Source of the DNA: Podarcis gaigeae
Taxonomy: Eukaryota
Direction: 5' to 3' (one strand)
Assembly (NCBI GenBank): GCA_964106915.2
Contig: OZ066918.1
DNA: 64,000 bases
Position numbers and translations under genes: made by a program. The notes under the pieces are model-generated. The model did no database searches. It was given only the letters and a program-made list of their open reading frames with translations, and was not told the origin of the DNA. Position 1 is the first letter of the stretch. Every line of letters starts with the position of its first letter. Of this stretch, positions 52,196 through 60,707 are shown in pieces.

Positions 52196-55100
52196 TGCGC
52201 GCGCGCGCACACACACACACACACACACAAAGCTAAAAACCAGAGTAAAACCCCTGTCAACATTCAACATATCTGGATAGGCTTACCTAAACAAAAATGT
52301 TTTAAGCAGGTGCCAAAAAGAGCACAATGTAGGTGCCTGCCTGATGTCAATAGGCAAGGAGTTCTGAGGTGTGGGGGCTGCCACACTACAAGATCCATTT
52401 CTTACAAATGCAGAACAAATACTATACAGGACCTATAATATTGCCAGTTCCACATATTAAAGCAGTCACATAAAGAGGGGTAAATACATAAACAAAACAA
52501 AACAATGCTTTAAACAAACAAATCAAATTCAGGATAATGAACTACAGCAACAAGCACTTTTCTCCCAAGCAGGGGCTGGCTATCCTTTGACCCTCCAGAA
52601 GTTGCTGGACTACAGTTCCCATCAGCCCTGATCATTAGCCATGCTGGCTGTGGCTGATGGGAGTTGGAGTCCCAACAACATCTGGAGAGCCAAAAATTCT
52701 TGACCCATGCTCTAAACCAGTGTTTCCCAACCTTGTGCCTCCAGATGTTTTTGGCCTACAACTCCCATCATCCCTGACCACTGGTCTTGCTAGCTAGGGA
52801 TGATGGGAGTTGTAGGCCAAAAACATCTGGAGGCACAAGGTTGGGAAACACTGCTCTAAACCGTCTTTGTCCTCTGATCACCTTTGCCTCACCCTGTGCC
52901 ACAGTTAAAGAGACACACTTTCTGGGCCTCCATCTCTACTACTAGATCCCACAACACACTCTTCATTAGACAGTAGGTCAGTACCATTGAGAAGATGTTC
53001 AGCATCGTCCAGTGCTTCGTTTACTCGTCCACCTATTTGATTCTTGATCTTGTCTCCCAAAGTCTGCCCAATCTCTGCAGAGAAAACATCAGAACAAGAG
53101 GATCAACAAGAATGCTTCCCACTATTATGTCACATACCAAATGTCAGAAAAAATGGTTTATGGACATTGAGATCTCCTTGAATGATAAAGGGATAATGGG
53201 CAATGCTTTGGGTATAAACCAACGTTCTACAGTAGGATCAGAACTCAGTGATGACTGCGTGGCTGAAGCAGGCCACAAGGGTATAGGAAGGAATTCTGCA
53301 GATGACCACTGAACTTTGGGGCAGACTTCTAATTCTCAGGAAATGCTGGGTCTGTATGCAGCTGTCTTGTGTGGTAGAGCACTGAGCTTCAGGTGAACAT
53401 CTTCTTGGTGAAGACCCTTCCAGTACTGGTCTGACTCTACCCACCATGGCTGGACACTGGATCTTCCTGAGCAGGAAGAAATATAAAAGGCTACCCATTT
53501 CAGCTGAGCCTTGCTTGAGCAACAAAGTCTTCCTGAGCACTGGTGTGTTCGCTGAATCCTTCATTCTTCTTTGTTCATGCCAGCTAGTTTGTCCTCCATT
53601 TCTGACTCCCAAACTCTTGGTTTCTCCTCCAGTTGTGGCCTGCTCTTTGACCCTGACTCCTGGCTTGCTCCTTGGCTACACCTCCACCAATGAGACTGGG
53701 TAATTTCAGTTGATTTACAAGCTTGAGGCCTACTTTTTTTGCCTCCCTCACTCAAGATTTAGACAACACAGATTGTGGCCAGTGGCAGAAACTGACCTTG
53801 CAGGCTCTGATTGGCTTGCTTCAGTGGCACCGAACTGGAGTCAATGATGTCATTAATCTCCTGTGAAGAACCAGGAAAGTGATGAAATACAGTATGCTCT
53901 GCAGGGGAGGGGGCAGCAAGCAGGATCAAGATCCTGAACATATTTATGGTCAGGTATATGAAATTATAAGGACAACAACATGATGTGCATTGCTTGAACA
54001 CAGAGGACTCAAAAGTGCCCATTGTACTGAAGTGTATTGCTTCCGCATTGTCTCACTCCCCAGTTTTAAACCAATCCAGTTGAAAAGGTTTCTTTGAACT
54101 CCTGAATCACTGCCATTTAGAATACATCTTTCCACAATACTTAATTGATGTCTGTTTTCTATGAAATAGCATTATATAAATAGCCTAAATAAATAAATAT
54201 TGTGTAGAAAGTCTACAAAATAAGCCCTAAAGACTACATCCTGTGTACACTTACTGGGAAATCAGTCCCCTTTGAGCACCAATTTTGACATAAACACACT
54301 TACGTTTGTCCTGCAAAAATATATGTGGAACTTCATGATGGATCACAGCTTAAAAGTAAGTGTTCACGAGTGTCTTCCACCATAGAGGCAAATACTATTT
54401 GCAAAAAAATTGAGGAGCTGAACATACAAAATTGACTACCATCTAATCTGCAGGTGAAGAGACACTGAAGCCACAGCCAACCCAACATTTTGTGGACTGG
54501 GAGCACAACTGCAGTTATTTTGCCTCCAGGTATGGTGGGTGTTTCTATCCAGACCAGCTCCTGCCAATCCCCATGGTTAAGCATGGGTTAAAAAGATATT
54601 TCAGGCACATGGAGGTTTTGCAAATGGTTTCCCAAAGAACAATTTAATTCACTATTCAGAAACAGCTCTAAGAAGTTAGCATGGCATGATATATTGGTCC
54701 CTGTGTTTCTTGTGGGAGCTGCCTTCAGTGGGAGGTACAGTGGTGCCCCGCAAGACGAACGCCTCGCAAGACGGAAAACCCGCTAGACGAAAGGGTTTTC
54801 CGTTTTGGAGGCGCTTCACAAAACGAATTTCTTTATGGGCTTGCTTCGCAAGACGATAATGTCTTGCGGGTTCCTGCGGGTTTTTTTTCCCTTTCCCCCC
54901 CTTTTCCTAAGCCGCTAAGCCGCTTATCAGCTGATCCGCTGATAAGCCGCTTAACAGCTGATCGCTAAAAGCTGCTAAACCGCTAATAGCACTAATCCGC
55001 TAAGCTGTCAATGGGCTTGCTTCGCAAGACGAAAAAACCGCTATACGAAGAGCCTCACGGAACGGATTAATTTCGTCTTGCGAGGCACCACTGTACCATT

Positions 55101-58100
55101 AAACCAATATACCTTGGTAAACAATGTAGCTCAGCACCATTTTGATAATTCTGTGTTAACAGCAAAGCATTTGTGCCTTCCAGTACTATGAACAGTTTGT
55201 GCTGCTGTTTAAACGAGTATATTTTTATATCCTAATCAAAGCAGATATGGAAAACAGGTGCCTGAGAAGGCACTGAAGTCCAAAACTACCAAGATGACCC
55301 TTGTAGCCCTGTACCTGTGCTTGAAAAGCCATTGACCTCTATTCCTGGCACAGGATTCTTCCTCAGGTATCATCTGATCCAGTTTCCCTTGCTAACTGAT
55401 AGTGGCTAAATAGTTTGCCATGGCCACTGAAGTGTTGAAAGTGCAGATTTAGGGCATGTCAGTGGGATAATGGCCGCTAAACAGTGCAATGATGCTCATA
55501 AGAAGTAGATCATTGGAGGTTGGAGGTAGGGATACAGAGGTGCATTTCTGGGAAACAGGGCGAGGCATTTGGAGGCTGGGTAGGAAACAAGCAGAGCAAG
55601 AGGAAGAAGAACACCTGACTATGTAGGCAGGGCAGGAGAAGCGATCATGCATGGAGGATAGGACAATGCAGAAGACACCTGCCTGCAGAAATGAAGCAGG
55701 GGAAGGTGCATAATGCAGCTTATAGACTATATACCTTAGGGATAGAGTTCAGGAACATGAACAGGTTGTCCATCGTATTGTTCAAAGTGGCAAAGCCTCC
55801 ACTGATTCCTTGTGATAGCTGACGGTTGCTGACATACGCACAAATATCCCCAGCCCTGCAGTGAAGGAAGCAGGCAGAGTTGAGAGGACAACTCTTCATA
55901 CTGAAGTGGCTTCTCCTCAAAGAGGAAAAGCTAGTAATATCATGCAACCAGTCAAAAAGCATAACAATGGGTATCAACAAAGTTGTGACTTATCTATGAA
56001 GTGTCTTGATTGACATTGTGCCATTTTGGGGGGGGGGAGCAAATGGGGGATACAGCATAGGCAATGTGAGCAGGTCATGGAGACCTACTAGTACCTCCCA
56101 AAGGCAGCAGTAAAACTGCAGCATGTGACTTGCATGTCTGTGTGATTCGTCTCCAACTATTTACTCTGTAGTACCCACCCTGTGCTTGCAACACATTGTA
56201 ATCTTGAATGTATAGGTTTATTTTGGGGGTGCCTGGTCAGAGGTTAATCCAGGTCACTTTTAGATCCATTCCAACTTTATGATACTGAAATAATTCAGCA
56301 CTTCATAGGCGCCCTGGGTTCCCTCGGGTCTGCAAGAACCTCCGTAGAACTAGTGCAAGGACAAATGGTGCAGAAAGGGCTCTGGCAGTTGCTTGTGCCT
56401 GTGATGGCATGCTCCAGAGTAAAAGCCAGCCATGCTCTGGTTCCTAAGCAGCCAGCCATGCCACAGAAGGCTCCTGGGAGTCTCCCTTCACACATTTATG
56501 CTCATGTGCCTCAAGTTGTTCTGGCAGAAAATTAGTGACCGGCTGCTCAGACTTGAACCATGTGCTGAATTGATAGGAACAGTGATGCTGGAGGTCAAGT
56601 CTGACTGGAAATAGTGTCATTCATCATTTCCCCTGGACTCCAATGTAACTCTGTAGTTGTTCAGTGAGGAGATATACTTGCTTTAGAAATGGCAAGAATT
56701 AAGGCCTACTTTTATCATACTGCACTGCTAAATGTCTCTAGTGGCTGATCTCCCAGCTCCCCAAAGGTTTGGAAACTCCATCTCTGTTGCCAGAGCTACT
56801 AACCTCAACTTTTCATTTTACACAATAGAAGTAGCTTACACGCACAGTGCAATTTCCTGTTGGGCCTCCCTGCAGGGACCATCCCATCCTCCTTCAGCTC
56901 CAGGAAGCCATTCCTTTGCACAAGACCATCATAAAAGACTGTGGGCAGACTTAAAAGTGATGCCAAGTAGACAAATAAATTGTCTCATTTAAAGTAGACC
57001 TGCAGCCACTATGTGTACGACATCAGCACATAAAAGAAGTGCCCACCTGGCCTACAAACAGTGTACATGCAGGTGAGACAAGCCAATTCATATCAGACAG
57101 CTAAGCAGGTGCATCTTGCTTGAAATTGGGTCCGAATGGCAGTAGCTGTATAGTTGGGGGCTGCTCCATCACCTGACCTCCTGTCCAGCTGAGTTACCAG
57201 GATGGAGGGTGGGAGGTAAGGTCAGCATGATGCAAGCATGCTGGCAGAAGCACTAGATTGGCTCCACTGGTGCATTTGCACCAACCTCATCCCTCAAGGG
57301 GTGCGGGTGGCACTGTGGGTTAAACCACAGAGCCTAGGACTTGCTGATCAGAAGGTCGGTGGTTCGAATCCCCACGACGGGGTGAGCTCCCATTGCTCGG
57401 TCCCAGCTCCTGCCAACCTAGCAGTTCGAAAGCACGTCAAAGTGCAAGTAGATAAATAGGTAGCGCTCCGGCGGGAAGGTAAACAGTGTTTCTGTGTGCT
57501 GCTCTGGTTCGCCAGAAGATGAGCGCCACAACCCCAGAGTCTTCCGCGACTGGACCTAATGGTCAGGGGTTCCTTTTACCTTTACCTTTAACCTCATCCC
57601 TCAGCCACAGTCACAGTATGCTGCACTGACTCAGCCAGGGGGAAGTCAGGTGAGCAGCACAGCCTCACCATGCTGTCCACTACTGCTGAATGGGCAATGT
57701 AGACAGATTGGAATAAACTCCATGCTGAACTAGTCACAGCAATAACCCACTCCCGCCCTGTTCGTTTTGTGCTCAGTATAGTACTCAACTCACACGAGAA
57801 TGGTAGAGACAGCTAGCAGGAATGCAAATAACGTCCGCCTCTTGCAATTGGTGTTTTTCACCTGCTTCTGGTACATGGAGCCGCCGCAGTGCCCACAGCA
57901 GCGGCAGCAGCAGAAGAACAAACCCACTAGGGGCACAAGGATGATGAAAAGAAGACCAATGACAAGGCAAACGAGGAAGCCTGCTTGGTATACAAACATC
58001 TAGAGATGGGGAGGGGAGGAGAGAAGAAAACAAACAGACACAGTAGTCAGCTAGTACGATCATTCAAAGACACCTGCCTGCCCCAAAATAAAAGGGTGAA

Positions 58101-58746
58101 GGGCTCAGCACAGGGTGGTCCCCAGGAGTCCACTGATGGTTCTTCTTCAAAAACAATCTGGATTTATTAGAATGTTTTCTTGGCCATGTACTGGACATGA
58201 AGTTTCTTATTCTGGAGTCCACTTTGCTCATCTAGAGGTAGTGACCTAGCAGCATATACCAGGGCTTACAGGCTTCTACCCCTGCTCCTGCATTCCTGGC
58301 AAGGATCAGGCTGCTCTTGTTAGTCATCAGGGTATATGTGTGCTTGCACAGGGCATTGAGGTCTTGCACACGGGCTTCAAAAGTTCCCACCCAGAGTCAC
58401 ACATAATCACAGGTCCAGTAATCCCTATGAACAATGTGGCTGTGGAAGCTCAGACCTCAGAAGGTCTTTCCTGCTTAGCCTCCCAGGATAATGTAAACAG
58501 CGCATGCTAGCACCAAGAGTGTACTGGGAAGGCATGGCACTGTCTAGGCAAGCTTGGCCTAGTCTGATCCTCCAAACCAGGGTTTTTTCTGGACTTCTCC
58601 CTAGCACTCTCCTTCCAACGCCCCAACTGATCTTAATTTCATTCTCCTGAAAGAGGGGCCATCATGCATCCCTGAGTCCCTATCAGAATCTTTACTGGGT
58701 TTATTCAGCTTGCAGAGAGCAACTGAGAATGTTTTCATTTGTACTG

Positions 58747-58780
<34 letters not shown>

Positions 58781-58997
58781 CTGGCCACATTTGACTTCTG
58801 GGTGAAGTGTCAACCTTTTGGTGTTTGCTGAGCCTACCACACCAACATTTCCTTTTCATCCCTGTCCAGGTTCACCAACTGCCACCCACTAGCCTCTGAG
58901 TTCCATGAACCAATACAAAAAAATAAATAAGTCACCTCTTTATACGCTGCTGGGTCTGTGAAATTAACCTGGCGCTGGATCAGGCGAGTCAGAAGAT
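38665..58997 (-). CDS. prominin-family pentaspan membrane glycoprotein (prominin-1-A-like / prominin-3-type); 23 coding exons, signal-peptide exon not found in window
   Basis: 23 GT-AG exons sum to 2288 nt (2 nt + 762 codons including TAG) with no internal stop; five hydrophobic segments, [13 protein letters not shown] after TM1, [31 protein letters not shown]; exon sizes 206, 121, 64, 90, 75, 64, 160, 153, 124, 85, 72, 54, 81, 69 match the PROM1 exon pattern as recalled. Confidence 0.93.
39311..39337 (-). CDS. prominin cytoplasmic-tail micro-exon
   Basis: 27 nt, DGAMENME(L); strong pyrimidine-rich acceptor and gtaagt donor; phase 2/2. Confidence 0.8.
40355..40467 (-). CDS. prominin exon (TM5)
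   Basis: [37 protein letters not shown](T), 113 nt. Confidence 0.95.
40769..40858 (-). CDS. prominin exon
   Basis: [30 protein letters not shown], 90 nt. Confidence 0.92.
41785..41921. mobile_element. Tc1/mariner (pogo-like) MITE
   Basis: TA|CCGTATTTTTCCATGTATAAGA...TCTTATAGATGGAAAAATGCAG|TA. Confidence 0.78.
42224..42292 (-). CDS. prominin exon
   Basis: [23 protein letters not shown], 69 nt. Confidence 0.9.
42717..42797 (-). CDS. prominin exon
   Basis: [27 protein letters not shown], 81 nt. Confidence 0.9.
43480..43533 (-). CDS. prominin exon
   Basis: [18 protein letters not shown], 54 nt. Confidence 0.88.
43731..43826 (-). CDS. prominin exon
   Basis: [32 protein letters not shown], 96 nt. 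Confidence 0.88.
43971..44401. mobile_element. degenerate non-autonomous hAT-like element
   Basis: CAGGGGCAGCC...GGCCAGCTCTG ends with subterminal cctcagg repeats. Confidence 0.45.
44513..44584 (-). CDS. prominin exon
   Basis: [24 protein letters not shown], 72 nt. Confidence 0.9.
45544..45690 (-). CDS. prominin exon
   Basis: [49 protein letters not shown], 147 nt. Confidence 0.92.
45905..45989 (-). CDS. prominin exon
   Basis: [28 protein letters not shown], 85 nt. Confidence 0.92.
46305..46840 (+). mobile_element. L1-type LINE fragment with TSD, containing a nested MITE
   Basis: ORF2-like [18 protein letters not shown]...[14 protein letters not shown]; TSD AAAGACTTCTCT(C/G)CACCA at 46287-46304 and 46841-46858. 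Confidence 0.78.
46319..46556. mobile_element. Tc1/mariner MITE nested in L1 fragment
   Basis: TA|CAGTC...CCAAGGTACAACTG|TA. Confidence 0.7.
47074..47165 (-). CDS. prominin exon
   Basis: [30 protein letters not shown](K), 92 nt. Confidence 0.92.
47507..47630 (-). CDS. prominin exon (TM4)
   Basis: [41 protein letters not shown], 124 nt. Confidence 0.95.
48100..48283 (+). mobile_element. squamate tRNA-derived SINE
   Basis: ttttgcatgcagaaggttccagg...ccctggcatctcc...gcagcttcctacattcct. Confidence 0.7.
48339..48491 (-). CDS. prominin exon (TM3)
   Basis: [50 protein letters not shown](A), 153 nt. Confidence 0.95.
48655..48793 (+). repeat. 139-bp direct repeat, copy 2 (prominin intron)
   Basis: 136/139 identical to 36473-36611. 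Confidence 0.95.
49072..49231 (-). CDS. prominin exon
   Basis: (E)[52 protein letters not shown](R), 160 nt. Confidence 0.92.
49520..49837. mobile_element. GC-rich non-autonomous hAT element
   Basis: TIR CAAGGCTGTCTTA / TAAGACAGCCCTG; 8-bp TSD ACTAAGCC/ACTGAGCC. Confidence 0.8.
49962..50143 (+). mobile_element. squamate tRNA-derived SINE (degenerate)
   Basis: gtagctcagtg A box; family similarity to 48100-48283. Confidence 0.6.
50533..50596 (-). CDS. prominin exon
   Basis: [21 protein letters not shown], 64 nt. Confidence 0.9.
51010..51084 (-). CDS. prominin exon
   Basis: [25 protein letters not shown], 75 nt. Confidence 0.9.
51483..51673 (-). CDS. prominin exon
   Basis: (V)[32 protein letters not shown]...CGAPC...GANLSA, 191 nt. 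Confidence 0.92.
51780..52055 (-). mobile_element. L2-type LINE 3' fragment
   Basis: [30 protein letters not shown], an L2 ORF2 C-terminus-like peptide, followed by an AT-rich tail. Confidence 0.75.
52153..52229. repeat. compound (TG)n(TA)n(GC)n(CA)n microsatellite
   Basis: 77 bp of uninterrupted purine-pyrimidine alternation. Confidence 0.95.
52718..52853. mobile_element. young perfect-hairpin hAT MITE
   Basis: 58-bp perfect inverted arms, 20-nt loop, perfect 8-bp TSD CTCTAAAC. Confidence 0.93.
52985..53074 (-). CDS. prominin exon
   Basis: (E)[29 protein letters not shown], 90 nt. Confidence 0.9.
53797..53860 (-). CDS. prominin exon
   Basis: [21 protein letters not shown], 64 nt. Confidence 0.9.
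54738..55093. mobile_element. Tc1/mariner MITE (same family as 11272-11576)
   Basis: TA|CAGTGGTGCCCCGCAAGACGAA...TTCGTCTTGCGAGGCACCACTG|TA. Confidence 0.9.
55735..55855 (-). CDS. prominin exon
   Basis: [40 protein letters not shown], 121 nt. Confidence 0.92.
57297..57589 (+). mobile_element. Sauria SINE, lacertid-type, internally deleted
   Basis: GGTGGCACTGTGGG A box, GGTTCGAATCC B box, (ACCTTT)n tail, 14-bp TSD AACCTCATCCCTCA (57283-57296, 57590-57603). Confidence 0.92.
57794..57999 (-). CDS. prominin exon (TM1, Cys cluster, start of TM2)
   Basis: [46 protein letters not shown]...AVSTIL(V), 206 nt. Confidence 0.95.
58936..58997 (-). CDS. prominin exon (N-terminal ectodomain)
   Basis: (D)[20 protein letters not shown], 62 nt, cag/gtgact, phase fits next exon. 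Confidence 0.8.
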
Positions 58998-60254
58998 CTG
59001 AGGAGAAGAACAGAGGGGTCAGCAGTGCCGGGAGGGGGAAGAGGGAATATACCATCACCTACATTATTGGACATTTGTGCATCACTCAACACTGAGATCT
59101 CTTTGGAAATTCCTACCCGTAGCCTACGTTACCAGGATGAGACCCTATTTTCTCCAGCTGTCCTTCTCCAAAGCTCTCCTGCTATAATCCGTTTGAATGA
59201 CTCTATGCACATCACATATGGAATTTCTTTCTCTCTTTTTATTTTGTGCCACGTGCTATAGTGCTCAATAAACATTATGCTGATAGAAAAGAAACTTTCC
59301 CCCCCTTTGCAGCCCAAGTTAAGCAATACCCCACTTTACCACTAAGGGGTGCCATACTGTATGCTTAGCAAACATGTCCTCTGAGCTTCAACAGCTCTGA
59401 AGAGAAAATGCTGTGTCCTGGGAACTGCAGAAAACAGACCAGACCTTCAGGCTGGTGAAGTTTACTTGATTTTAACTGGAACCCTGAGATCCATCACCCA
59501 GAGCCTAATGCAAAATACATGTGCTTAGCATTAAATAATTCTGAGCCTATGATCCTTCCACACAAAAATCCACACCAAGCTTGTTTCATTTTGACAATAT
59601 AATTTGGAGAAAAGGGATCGTTTTGCTGCCACAAAACAATTGGCAGTCGGAAACCCTTCCTGATCTACTGCAAATCACTCAAAGATCTACCAGTAAAGCT
59701 AGATCTGCCTTCTGCCCACTCTGATCTAGCAGGTAAAAACATAAGCACCTAAAATGAGCCTCGCTAAACCAGGCCAATGGCCCACCTATGTATTCTTCTC
59801 CCACTACTGAGCAGCTGGTTCTAGCCTGTAAACATATGGGACTGAGAATATCAGTTTCTCCAGGTTTTAGGTAAAACTAGCAAGCTTGAAGGGATGTGAA
59901 TGGTGCTGTGGTCTAAACCACCTGTAGTGACTTTGGGTGGTATTCAACTGAATTTTACCTACTGAAATGAACAACTGTGACTAGGTTAGGTTCATTCATT
60001 TCAACTTTGTCAAATGCCTCCCTTTGTTGTGCAAGGAAGGAAGTTGGGTGATCACCACCTAGCAGGTAAGACTCGTCATTATACACAATCAGATTTAAAA
60101 CCCAGGAAAAAGAAAAATGCACTGACAGTAAATTGAGATGTGATCCACAGAATTATATAAACACAAATAAGCAGTGTTGAGCCTCAAAGGCTGGAGACGA
60201 AAGACTATGGGGCTATGACACCAGGATATGATCTAAATATTCCAGAGGAATATT

Positions 60255-60707
60255 CCAGTGTCCAGAGGAGGGCAACCAAAATGGTCCAAGGCCTGGAAAC
60301 GATGCCTTATGAGGAACGGCTAAGGGAGCTGGGCATGTTTAGCCTGGAGAAGAGGAGGTTAAGGGGTGATATGATAGCCATGTTCAAATATACAAAAGGA
60401 TGTCACATAAAGGAGGGAGAAAGGTTGTTTTCTGCTGCTCCAGAGAAGTGGACACGGAGCAATGGATCCAAACTACAAGAAAGAAGATTCCACCTAAACA
60501 TTAGGAAGAACTTCCTGACAGTAAGAGCTGTTCGACAGTGGAATTTGCTGCCAAGGAGTGTGGTGGAGTCTCCTTCTTTGGAGGTCTTTAAGCAGAGGCT
60601 TGACAACCATATGTCAGGAGTGCTCTGATGGTGTTTCCTGCTTGGCAGGGGGTTGGACTCGAGGGCCCTTGTGGTCTATTCCAACTCTATGATTCTATGA
60701 TTCTATT
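60255..60707 (+). mobile_element. CR1 LINE 3' end
   Basis: [37 protein letters not shown]...FKQRLD and (ATTCTATG)n tail. Confidence 0.95.
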
